Below are positions 36,612 through 48,031 of a DNA stretch of 59,907 nucleotides, piece after piece (within the stretch, counting starts at the first letter, position 1; each line of letters starts with the position of its first letter). A model generated the notes under the pieces. The model was not told the origin of the DNA and did no database searches. It saw only the letters and a program-made list of their open reading frames with translations. The position numbers and the translations under genes are program-made. Source of the stretch: Cyanophora paradoxa CCMP329 (taxonomy: Eukaryota > Plantae > Glaucophyta); the NCBI GenBank assembly GCA_004431415.1, contig QPMI01000292.1, positions 1-59,907 on the forward strand, in the 5' to 3' direction.

Positions 36612-36876
36612 CCGTCCCGCTTCGCCCCGCCCCACCCCTTCTCTCTTTCCCCGTCCCCATGCTGCTTCTGCTCTTTTTCAAAGCACCCCACGCCTCTTCT
36701 CTCTCTTTGAATTCGAAATTCCGCGGGTCGACCGGGGGCCACTAACTTTCGACGTCGACCTCCCAAGGTCTCAGTTGCAGGCTTGCACCGTTCTGCAAGA
36801 CAGGGGTATACGAACCGGAACACGCGTCGGTCCGCCACGAGGCCAGAGCCTCGGAGTACAAGCGCGCCGGCCAGCT

Positions 36877-38643
36877 ATGTTTGTCGTTGGCAGTCCAGCG
36901 TTGGCGGCGCGCCCCGGGGTCCGCGGCGCTCCGACCGCGACATTCGGTGCCATATGTGTGAGCTCAAGTGCACAGCCAATTGCGAGCCAAGCCAAGCCCA
37001 GGCTTCAGCGCACGTTCGAGGGGGCAATGCGGCCGCAGTTGAGGTGGCGCGCAGCTCAGCAACGGCAGCAGCCGCAGCGGCTGCCGCAGCGGCTGCAGAT
37101 CAGCGCCGACTCGGACATTCTCATCGAGGAGGTCGGACGCGACACCTTGGTTTTCAACATCTCCGTGCGTAGCACGCGTAGCTTCTAGAGAGCGCGCGCG
37201 GAGGAGACGTCGACGCTGTTGCTGCCCCCGCAGCGCACCGAAAATGTGTACCTGGTGAAGGCTGCGATGTGGTGCGATTACTTTAACGTCCGCTTGTTCG
37301 ACCGGGAAAGCCGACGCGGCGGTCGCCGGCCGGCAGGGCGCTCGTCGGGCTGCCTAGCCGGAAGCACTGTCACGCCTTCCTCGAGAAGTTGCGGGACTTC
37401 CAGGTTAGCGCGCCTCTGTGGTCGCGTGCGCCCCGGGCGCCGCGCGGGGGGCGAGGTGCGGGCGCAGGCGCGTGCGGAGGAAAGCATGGCGGGGGAGGCG
37501 CGCGTCCAGTACCTCATCATCACGGACCTCGATGACGACAAGATCACGAGCCTTGATCACATCACTGGTTCTCTGCCGCCGCTGTCCGCCCCGCCGCCCC
37601 GCTCCGCCCCCGCCGCCCCGCACCCGCACCGAGTCGCCCCCTCCGCCGCAGCTGCTTGGTCGCGACGCCCGAAGCGCAGCAGAAGATCATTACCTCGATG
37701 TGATATCTCTTTGAATCGCGAGAGCGGCGGCCAAGCACCGCCTGCAGCTGACTGCCCCGACAGACCGCGGCTTAACAGCTCTGACGCGGTCTGGACGGTG
37801 TGGCGCCGCACCCCGAGCTCCCTTTCCCCTGCCCATACCTCTATGTCACTTCGCCTAATCGTTTCGCCTTCTGGCGCAGGTCATTCGGTCTGAGGCGGAT
37901 ATCGCGCGTTCCTCCCCTTCGCCAAGCCCTCTAGTGCCGAGCGCCCAGCGTCTCTCTGACCCCGCTGCAGCTGAGCTTCGGGGACTCCCACGTGCTACAG
38001 ACTGTGCCGGGTCGGGGCCTGTGGGCCGATGTGCGCTCTTTCCCGTCGTGCGCGACAGGGCGGCCGGGGTCGGCCCTGACCCTCGTGCTCCGCCAGTCCC
38101 TGGTCCTTTGCGACACGCACTCGTTGCTGTGGTTCACGGGCCGCCTTTTCGCGCACGCCGAGCGCGGGCCCTCCGCCACTGCCGCTCGGTGCGCCCCGCC
38201 TTGGCCGCGCCTGCTCCCTGCCGCCGGCCTGCGCTGAGTGGGCCCTCGCAGGTCCGACCTGGAGCTTGCTAAGGCCGCCCGCCGCGCCTGGTACGAGACG
38301 CTGCCCCGTGAGCCACCCCCTTGACGCCCTCTGTCCCCACGGGGCCAGCCCCGCCGGTCTTCCGGGATCCGCGGGGGCCGACGCGGGGTTCTCCTGCAGC
38401 GCTCTCCGACGACGAAATCATGACCCTGGAGGTGCACGCCGAGGCTCTCCCCTCGGGGCCAGCCGGGGCCAGATCTAGAGCTTCCCCACGTGAGGCTGAC
38501 GACGACGGTCTGGGGCGTGCTGCCCCGTACATGCGCAGGGGACGCTGGACGAGCCTGGGGCGATCTGCCCGTCCGCAGGCCCCGTCGCAGCCGACCCCAA
38601 CGTCGTCCTCCGTGACTACATCCGCTGGGTTGACGACGCGTAG
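36877..38643 (+). CDS. Unknown, probably plastid-targeted protein; exon structure partly uncertain
   Basis: MFVVGSPALAARP... transit-peptide-like leader, then coding-like exons (ISADSDILIEEVGRDTLVFNIS; VYLVKAAMWCDYFN; VQYLIITDLDDDKI; ELAKAARRAWYETLP; VVLRDYIRWVDDA*) bounded by the local splice consensus. Confidence 0.5.
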
Positions 38644-39077
38644 CCATGGCCACTCATGATCAGTAGCTATCGTAGAGTCAGTAATATTAATAGTTGAACG
38701 CGTATACGTACGCTTGGGTGGAGAGCTCGAGCTCAGCTACCGTAGTACTAGTATATAGCTAGCGCTATATATAGCGAGCCTTGCCGGCTCGCGATCGTTT
38801 GCCGGTTAAGCACGGGTATGCGCACGGTTAAATGCGCTTGCGGTCGACGTGTATACGTATACGTACGATCATCGGATCGCGATCGCGATCGCGAGTGTCG
38901 ATCGCGATCATGATCACGGCCGGCGCCGCGCCGGTGCCAGCATATTTTAAATGCGGTACCGGTACCGGGCGCAAATAATTATTAGAAAATTCGAAGGATC
39001 CGGAACTCCAACTTCGGCTAGACGCGTACGTAGGTCGACGCGTACGGGCTTCAAGGGGCTTGACGACTAGTACTGCA

Positions 39078-39280
39078 GGAGGCGAAAACTTAATATATTG
39101 CTGAGGCGAGTAATTGCCGAATTCGCCCAAAATTAAACCGGAATTGCTGAGTCGATAAATTGCCGAATCCAGATTCTGCTCTACCCCCGCAACTTTGCCG
39201 AGTCGTTAAATTGCCGAATATAATTCGGCGTCTCGGCAATTTATATAATTACGGCAATTTTTCGCCTCGGCAATTTTTCG
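39078..39280. repeat. Small foldback/MITE-like element built from AATTGCCGA motifs
   Basis: About six (A)TTGCYGA motifs forward (39095-39220) and about three inverted TCGGCAAT/CGGCAAT motifs (39230-39280). GAGGCGAAAA at the left mirrors TTTTCGCCTC at the right. Confidence 0.55.
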
Positions 39281-39989
39281 ATCATGATCGATCGATCAAC
39301 TTTGCAAGTTGCAACTAGGGCTCCGGCCCGGGTCCTAAAACCTGGACCCGCGACCCGCGGGTCGGGTCGACCCCCTGACCCGTGACCCACGGGTCCGACC
39401 CGGGTCGCTGGGGGGGGTACCGGTTGCGCCGAAAAACCGCTACAAAAACACGGGTTCGCTTCCGACTGAGACATTTCTGTCAGCGGCGCCCCGAACTCGG
39501 TCGGCAGCCAGTTGAGCGGCGCGGTCTTAGTCTTGTGGTTGCTCGGTTAGCTCCATAGCTATCGTGTGCATCATCCTCGTCGGCCCCCGTACTTTCTCTG
39601 GCGCAGCTCCGGTCGACGGCGTTTTGTGTGCCAGGTGCGACGCAGCCTTCGTCCTCCTGAATCACTGGATCGATGTGAGGGCTATAGCTAATGGCGTGCG
39701 CTCTTCGCCTCCCGCTGCGCGTTCCCGTGCAGGTCGACGTCGCGCAGCGGCCGCGGCCGCGCCGCTGATCATGATCGGACCGCTAGGGCGGCTAGAACAT
39801 GCATGCAACGTTGGAGCATTGCCGCAGGATGCTCTTCCATGTGTCCAGCGAAGGGCGGCTCTCCATTGCCGGCCGCCGAGCGAAGGTGCGGCGCCGGTGG
39901 CCGCGCCCCGCGGGAGTCTTGCCACGTGCGCCCTCCCTGTTGACTCTACGCTCTTTGTAGCCACACTACGCTCCCGCGGCGCACCGCGG

Positions 39990-40680
39990 GCGGCGAGCGC
40001 GCCTCCTCGAAGCGCGCCGCGTTGTAACCGAGGCCAGGCTGGACTAGTACTACGGCTGAGCCAAGGTGCGGCGGCCGCGGGGCGGGGGCGCGGGCGCCGC
40101 GCGCGCTTCCGCGCGCTTTGAGCTGATGTATTCTCCCTCGCAGCGGGCGCTGGCGGCCCGACGCGCCGCGAGCGGCGAGCGCGCCTCGTCGTAACCGAGA
40201 CCAGGCTGTACTGCGGCCGAGCCAAGGTGCGGCGGCCGCGGGGCGGGGGCGCGGGCGCCGCGCGCGCTTCCGCGCGCTTTGAGCTGATGTATTCTCCCTC
40301 GCAGCGGGCGCTGGCGGCCCGACGCGCCGCGGGCGGCGAGCGCGCCTCGTCGTAACCGAGACCAGGCTGTACTACGGTCGAGCTAAGGTGCGGCGGCCGC
40401 GGGGTGGGGGCGGGGGCGCCGCGCGCGCTGCCGCGCACTTCAGGCCGATGTAATCTCCTTCGCAGCGGGCGCTCGCGGCCCGACGCGCCGCGTGTGGCGA
40501 GCGCGCCTCGTCGTAACCGATACCAGGCTGGACTGCGGCCGAGCCAAGGTGCGGCGGCCGCGGGGCGGGGGCGGAGGCGCCGCGCGTGCTGCCGCGCACT
40601 TCAGGCCGATGTAATCTCCTTCGCAGCGGGCGCTCGCGGCCCGACGCGCCGCGGGCGGTGAATGCGCCTCGCCGTAGCCA
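39990..40680. repeat. 161-bp tandem repeat, ~4.3 copies, inside the hAT element
   Basis: Anchor GTAACCGA at 40024, 40191, 40352 and 40513, with degenerate GTAGCC at 40674. Copies 1-2 and copies 3-4 form subtypes. Confidence 0.9.
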
Positions 40681-41419
40681 GATGCCCCCTCCACGCACCT
40701 CCCCCCCCATGCCGCCGCCGAGTTGTTTCTGTCTGTTTTGAGCCGTGCATGTGTAACGATGAACATATTATTAAAGCTCGCTTGAATTACTTTCCAAAGA
40801 TGTGTAGCTGTCGGGGCTCGCCAGACGCGGAGCACTGCCGATTCCAGCCCGCCAGAGAGCCTGGCTGGTTCCAGAGAGTGAATGAGTGAATCGGCAATCA
40901 GGGCGTTGCGGGAGGGCCCTTAAACGCTATAATATATCGTATAATATCTATTCAAACGCATCTATAACGCTATCCTAAGAGCGCGGGCTGCCTGAATAAA
41001 GTGGCAGAAAAGTACGGCTTCTAGAGTCGCCAGAAGGCTAGACTACGCCATACAGTTGGTCTAGTCACTTTGGGCTGGACGGAGGGGAGTTTCGGACCAT
41101 TTTATTCCCAGCGCTTCAGCATCGCCCCTGCAGCATATACTAACGCAATAAAATGTAATATAAGCTTAAATAGAACCTATCTAGTTCTTTTGGGGGGCCG
41201 GCTGCCGACTAACAGTGACTTCGCATCTGCAGCTTCATGATCATGATCATCTGCAGCCCGCGGCCCGCCCCGAGTACGTTCCCTTCCACATCCCGACACG
41301 GTCACTCCGCCCCCATTCAGCTGTATATCGCTTGCGCTTGCTCTTACTCATGATCATATTTACTTGCTAGCTGCTGGCGCCGAGGGGCGGGGGGGAGTGA
41401 CTAAGTCAACGGGGGAGGG

Positions 41420-42215
41420 AGAGGAGGCCGAGGCGGGCGGCGGCGGGGCTCTCTGGGCGGGGCGCAAGCGCGGCGGGCGGCGGCGCGGCTCGCCGGCGGG
41501 GGCGGAGGCGCGGCGGGCGGCGGCGCGGCACGCCGGGCGGCGCGGAGGCGCGGCGGGCGGCGTCGGGGCTCGCCGGGCGGGACGCAAGCGCGGCGAGCGA
41601 CGGCGCGGCTCGCCGCACGGGGCGGAGGCGCGGCGGGGGCCGGCGCGGCTCGCCGGGCGGGCCGGAGGCGCGGCGGCGGCGTCGGGGCTCGTCGGGCGGG
41701 ACGGAGGCGCGGCGAGCGACGGCGCGGCTCGCCGGCGGGGGCGGAGGCGCGGCGGGCGGAGGCGCGGCTCGCCGGGCGGGGCGTAGGCGCGGCGGGCGGC
41801 GGCGGGGGTCGCCGGGCGGGGCGGGGACGCGGCGGGCGGCGGCGCGGCTCGCCGGGCGGCCGCGGGCCGGAGGCGCGGCGGGGGCCGGCGCGGCTCGCCG
41901 GGCGGGCCGGAGGCGCGGCGGGCGGCGTCGGGGCTCGCCGCACGGGCGGAAGGCGCAGCGGGCGGCGGCGCGGCTCGCCGCCCGGGGCGGAGCGGCGGCG
42001 CGGCTCGTCGCCCGGGGCGGAGCGGCGGGCGGCAGCGGGCTCGTAGCCCGGGGCGAAGGCGCGGCGGACGGCAGCGGGGTCGCCGCACGGGGCGGAGACG
42101 CTGCGGGCGTAGGAGGAGCTCGCCGCACGGGGCGGGGACGTCGACGCGGCCGCCGGGCCGGCGGCGGCGCGGCTCGCCGCACGGGGCGAAGGCGCGGCGC
42201 GCGCCGGCGGGCGGT
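41420..42215. repeat. 40-bp GC-rich minisatellite, ~20 degenerate copies, inside the hAT element
   Basis: Unit approximately CGGCTCGCCGGGCGGGGCGGAGGCGCGGCGGGCGGCGGCG, recurring at 41486, 41526, 41566, 41606 and onward. Confidence 0.85.
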
Positions 42216-44900
42216 GGCGGGGGCCGCCGCACGTGGCGTTGACTACGTATACCTCCCGCCGGACGCTGCAGTGATTCCATATCTCGGAACGCTTCTGTCC
42301 CGCGGGAACAAGGTCCGACGGTCCGGCTGTGGTGCTGCCGCCATCGCTGAGCTGCTTCGCTGCAGCTGCCGCCACCTCTACGGTGCCACCGGGAACCCCC
42401 TCGCACGGATCCGACCCTTTGTATGGACCCGACCCGCCGGGTCACCACCTGGACCCGTGACCCGCGGGTCAGGCGACCCACGGGTCCACCCGCGGGTCCG
42501 GCGACCCGGGCCGGAGCCCTAGTTGCAACTTACACGCTTAATATAAGTTACAACTGCAATTGCAAGCTTACCGGTACATGAGCGGATGATGCCATGATGA
42601 GGCTCTCAGCCTGCATGGCAGATGAGCCTGATCGCGAGGAACGATCTTTTATGAACCAATATATATAGCTACAGCTAGACTCTGAGATATATGCGCATGC
42701 ATGCATATGCATGCATTATATGATGCATATATAGCAACCTGAATATATAATTAAAATATTTAATCGATCATCCTGGCAGGGGGGCCAGGGCCGTACGAAT
42801 AAATATGTACATATGTACCCGCCCAGTGAAATCTATGTTATTTACGACAAAACTTTCAATGAACGTACGAACAAATTAAATGAACAAGCGTACGCGTTTT
42901 GTGTCACCTCTCACTGAGTCACCTGGTCCTGATTATATATGGTGCCTCATTCTAAATAATTATAGCTTAAATTTGGCTTATTGGCCGGTGACTCGGCGGT
43001 GAGTCACGGCAGTGATCATGAGTCGGTGACCAGTGTGAAACTTACCAAGTTTCCCGATATCGTCATGAGTTCAGCCGCGTGAGCATTCAAAAGCTTCAAG
43101 TGAAACCTCGAGCTCGTTCGTCCGAAGCGTTCTTTTAATTCTATTGTTATTTATTTCTCTATATACGTTAGACTGCATACATATATTGTAGTTACGTATC
43201 TACGGCGCCGCTTCGATCAATTGCAATTTCTAGAGCTTAATTGTATAATATATATGACAGGCCGGCCAGCGCAATATTGTTTAACTGTAATTAGTCTGTA
43301 AATTGAAATTGGATCTGAGAATGAAAGCTGTAGGAAGGTGTACCCAGGTAGTCGGAACCTCGTCCTGCATGTATGAATGTGAATTTCGAATTTAAATTTT
43401 TAACGTCGACTCGCTCCGACGCAAAATGAACCAATCAGAATCGAACCACATGTATATTCTTCAACAACGTTAACGGTCCGCATGCGCACGCGCGCAGGCC
43501 TATATATAGCTATAGGAGTCTGGCTAGGACGCACGGGACAGAGCTCGAGCTACTAGGCTATGGCGCGTATTTTCAGTAATTTTACTCGGCTTGCGCAACA
43601 GCCACTGGCAGCTTGCGGGCGGCTCGCAGCCGGCTACTGTTTGAGCTGTGCAAAAAATCCTGGCTTTGCTAGCTTTCGTTTTTAGCTTGCCTACTAGTCC
43701 ACTAGGCTAGGGCTAGACCCGGCTAGTACGTACGTTCTATAGCTAGTACTACTGTCCCATATCTATACCGGTAGTACGTCCCGGACTCGACGGTCGTTCC
43801 GACGGTAGTCGATCTAAAAGTTTTTGGACGATCATCGGATCTACTAAATATTTCCTGTCTGCTAAATCCGAGAATTTGTGGGGGTAGGCCCGTCTCAAAT
43901 TTAAACCGGCGAAGATTGATCGATATATCGACGTCGACCTACTATTATTAGGCTACTAAACATTTTCTAGTTACCTGCTGCTGAATTATATATAAAAAGT
44001 AGCAGTTTTAATTTGCCAAGCTTTCAGTTGCAGTCTTGCCAAGTTGCCGCATCATCCGATGATCCCCGGCTGATTCATGATATCATGATCATGGCATCGC
44101 GGATTCGCGGTATACCGGACCATTATGACCGGTACCGTAGTACTGAACATGTACCATGCGGGTCCATGCCCGGCCGGGCCGCCGCCGGGCCACGCCGGCC
44201 CACGCGTACGTACTACCACGTACGGTACGCGGCCGCGGACCACCGTGGCACGCCGTGACGGCAGGCTCTCTCGGCCGCGGGCCGCGGCCGCGGCGACCTT
44301 CCGGCCGCTTGCGCATGTTAACGTTCTCATGCAGCGGCTCTCGCGCTTAAGCGCCTCGCCGCAAGTCGCGCGCCATAGCTAGTACTAGTCGCTGCCGCGG
44401 ATCGCCACATACCTGATCATGAGCGGAGGCTGAGCAGCTGCAGCCGTAGGATCGTTCTCGAACAGACGGCCGCTTCGTACGTAGGCGAAGGCCGCGTGGC
44501 CGTATCTCATCAACGTCTGCATCCCTGGCTCCGTCGGCTTCTCTGGTGGCTCCCTGGGAGACTGCGAGTGGAGATTCCGAACTGCAGCACCGTGCGCCGC
44601 TGCGGCCGCCGCCACGGTTATGTCTCTGCCGCAGCGCTGACGCCAGGGCGCAGACGTATGCGACGATAGCGCTCCGTTGGACAGCGTAGAAGCGGTTCCT
44701 TTCCCCCCGCCAGCTCCGTTCTGGGTGCGTACTGGTATTCTACGGCGACCCAAGCTTAAGCGGCCCCCCTTAGCTCCCTCCTGTCCGCGACGATTTCTTC
44801 TTGCCATACACGCACGAGCCTGCAAGCAAGACTTCATGCACATGTTGCTCATGGACAATGTTGTGATTGACGGCGCCTGCAGGGCGACAGGCGCGCGATA

Positions 44901-47900
44901 ATGGACGGAGGAGGCCCTGGGGGCGGGCAGGCCGCTGCATCGGGCGGATACAGAAACCTGCCGTCAGGGCTCGGCCTGCCCTGGGACGTGCCGCCGACCG
45001 GGGGCCAGCAACAGCAGCCGGCGCCTCCGCAGCCGCTCACGCAGGCGCCCGGAGGAGCGGGTGGAGCTGCGGGCGGGCAAGGGAGCGACGGGGGGCCGTG
45101 GGGGGCGGGGCGGGGGACGCGGGAGCAGCTGCTGGGCATGCTGCAGCAGGCGCGCGAGCTGCTGCCCGACCTCAGCGGCGCCGACCTCGACGGCCTCCTC
45201 GCCCTCCTCCTCGACGCCCGCGCCAGCATCCACGCCGGTTCGCGGGGCCGCCGGGGGCCCCGCCCCGGCCCCGCCGACGGGCGCGCAGGCGGCCTCGCGA
45301 TGTCGCCCCAGCTGCACGAGGAGCTCGTCCGCCTCCTCTCTGCCCCGCTCGTCTCCGGCGCTGCCCTCGGCATCTACGCCCGGTCCGCCCGCCCGCGCCG
45401 CCCGCCCCTCTCTCCCCCGAATTAAACCCCTCCATCCTTTGCTTCATGTCGCAGGATCAACCGAGCGGCCTGCTCCGTTCTGATGTGCGCCGACGACTCC
45501 CTGAGCAGTGCGTCGCTGCACGGCCTTCCCCCCCTCCGCTCCTGTCCGCACTCCCCGACGCGTACGCCGGGCGGCGCAGAGCGGGCGGGGCTGGGGGCGG
45601 GGGCGGTGGGCGCTGGGGGAGGGCCGGCGGGGGCGTGGGACCATGTCTCCGGCTTCGGGCCGCTGCCGCTGCCGCAGGCCGGCCTGCCTCCGCTCTCGCT
45701 CAACTTCGCGGGGGCGGGGGCGGGGGCCGGCGAGTGGAGCGCCCCGGCGACGACGAGCGGCGCCGCCTCGCCCAGCCCCGGCGGCTCCGTCAGCTCCGTC
45801 GCCAACGCCGCCGCCGCCGCCGCCCGCGCCCTCGCCGCCGCCGCCGCCGCCGGCCGCCCCGCCCCTCCCGGCCCCGCCACGACTCCCTCACGTGCGTCGC
45901 CCGCCTCGGCGCGCGCCCCGCGGCGCGACGAGCGGCGCGCAGGTCTTCCGAGGGCTCCGGGGCCGCCTCCCAGGCCGGCGGCAACGGCAACCGCTCCAGC
46001 CCGAACAGCGGGGCGGAGAGCGAGGAGGAGGGGGCGCCGGGGAGGCGCCTCGTGCCGGCCCCCAATGAGCTCTCCGGCGGCCGCGGCGCCTCGTTCCTGC
46101 TCGAGGGGGCGGCGAGCGACCCGTGGCGCCCCGGACCGGAGCCTGCGGGGGCGGGGCCGGCGGCGGGGCGGGGGGGCGGGGCGTTGGAGCCGTGGATGCA
46201 CGCCGACGTGGAGCGCTACCTCGCGGGGGGCCGCAGCCCGAGGGCCCCGCCCGGCGGCCTCCTCCTCCTCGGGAGCGGCGGGCGCGGGCCGGCGGGAGCG
46301 GCCGGGAGCCCCGCGGTGGGGAGCCCCTCGAGCGCCTCCTCCGACTCGCTCGCCGCCGCCGGCCGCTCCCGCAGCGGCGCCCGCCGGCCCGCCGCCCCGC
46401 ACGCGGGGCGCCGGCGGGGGGGCCTCGCCTTCGAGCGCCTCCTCGTCTTCCGGCGCGCCCTGGTCGAGTTCGCCCAGTGCGCCCCCGGCCCCGCCCCGCC
46501 CCGCCCCGCGCGGCGCCAACGGGGGCGGGCGCAGGGTGGGGCGCGAGGAGGTGGACGTCATGTCGCTGGCGCAGCGCGTGGGGGCGCTTATGCCGGAGTG
46601 GCGGGCGCAGCTGGGGGTGGGGAGCATGAAGGAGGCCCTCGAGGAGGCCGAGGCCGCCGGCCTCCTCTCCATCCGCCACACCGCCTCCGCCATCCCCACC
46701 GTCTCCCTTAACTCCCCCCCTTCGCCCCCGCCCCGCCCCCGCCACGCACCACCGCCACGCCCCGCCCACCTCCCCGGCGGCGCTGCGGGGCGGCTGGGGC
46801 CGATGCCGCTGGCCGGGGCGGGGGCGCGGGGAGGGGCGGGCGGACGCTGGTGGGACGGTGCTCTTCGCCCGCCCGAGGAGGCCGTCGGCGTCATCCGCGC
46901 CAAGCAGGCCCGCCCCGCCCCCGCCGCCCCTTCCGCGCCGGCCAGCGCTGCGTCGCCTCTCGCCGGCCGCTGACGCGGGGAGCGCAGCTGGAGCGCGACG
47001 TCTTCTTCCGGCGCGAGAGCCTCGCCCCGAGGAGAAGGCGCCCCCGCGGCAGGTCGGCCGCGCCGGGCGGCGGGGGGCGGGGCGGGGCGGGGCTGAGGGG
47101 GCGGGGCAGGGGGACGCGGTCGCCTTCGGCCTCGTCGAGGCGCCCGTCGCCGGCTCCATGCAGGCCCGCCCCGCCCCGCCGCCCCCGCCGCCCGGGGCCC
47201 CCCAGCCCGACCCCTGACGCCCCGCGGCGGCAGCTCTTCGCGGCCGACCTCACCGTCCTCCGCGCCGCCGACCTCATGGGCGCCGAGGCGGCCGCGGCGG
47301 CGGCGGCCGCGGCGGCGGCGGCGGCGGCGGCGGCGATCAAGGCGGCGAAGCAGTACGGGATGGGCAGCGTGGACGCCGCCACCCTCAAGAGCCTCCAGGT
47401 CCGCCCCCTCCCGCCAGCGAGCGCCCCGCCGCCCCGCTCGGGCGAGCATCGGACGGGGGCGGGCTGAGGCGCGGGGCGGGCAGGGGCTGGGCCTGCAGGG
47501 GGTCGAGGGGGACGAGCGCCCCGGCAAGAACGTCATCAACTTCCACCCGTGCGCCCCGCCCCCGCCCGCCCCCGGCCCCGGCCCAGCCGCCGCATGCGGG
47601 GCCGAGCGGGGGCGGGGGGCGGGGGTAGGGAGCGGTACCGGACGGCGATGTGCCGGCGGCTGCTGAAGGAGGGCGTCTGCGGGTACGGCGAGGACTGCTG
47701 GTACGCCCACAGCCCCGAGGAGCTCATGCACGGCGCCGGAGGCGGCCCCGACAAGCGCCCGGCCTGCCCCGCGTGCGCCCCGGCCCCCGCACCCACCCCC
47801 GCCTCCGCATCCCCCCGCCCGCCCCTCACGCCCCGCGGCAGCCCGGGATGCGGCGCGGTGGCGGCCCGCCGGGCGGGGGCGGGGCCGGCTCTCTGCACGG

Positions 47901-48031
47901 CGCCGGTCAAGGCCACGGGCACGCCTCGCTGGCGCGCTGAGCTCGAGGGCGCGCTGGCCGCCTCCGCGCCAACCGGCCCTCGCCGGCCCTCGACGGCGCC
48001 CCCTCCAGCGGCAGCACTTCTGCCCCTCTGA
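44901..48031 (+). CDS. RNA-binding protein: LOTUS/OST-HTH-like, cold-shock-like OB fold and CCCH zinc finger
   Basis: VDVMSLAQRVGALMPEWRAQLGVGSMKEALEEAEAAGLLSIR (LOTUS-like); WDGAL...AVGVI...RDVFFRRES...GDAVAFGL...LFAADLTVL (CSD-like); RYRTAMCRRLLKEGVCGYGEDCWYAHSPEEL (C-x8-C-x5-C-x3-H). Confidence 0.7.

Larger units (their letters stand above)
39316..42521 (-). mobile_element. hAT-superfamily non-autonomous element (3.2 kb)
   Basis: Perfect 19-bp TIR TAGGGCTCCGGCCCGGGTC; 8-bp TSD GTTGCAAC (39308-39315 and 42522-42529); many subterminal GACCC/GGGTC motifs at both ends; BED-finger-like remnant KRSEIWNHCSV...NATC on the minus strand near 42230-42300. Confidence 0.88.

Noticed and set aside
39990-40680. 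Regularly spaced repeats as a CRISPR-like array
   Set aside because: The whole 161-bp unit is repeated with no unique spacers, there are no cas genes, and the context is a eukaryotic TE.
41360-42481. Several long ORFs over the minisatellite
   Set aside because: The 40-bp unit is not a multiple of 3, and the frames are open only because the repeat lacks stops.
44385-44858. Minus-strand 157-aa ORF head-to-head with the CCCH gene
   Set aside because: No recognisable similarity or convincing exon structure.
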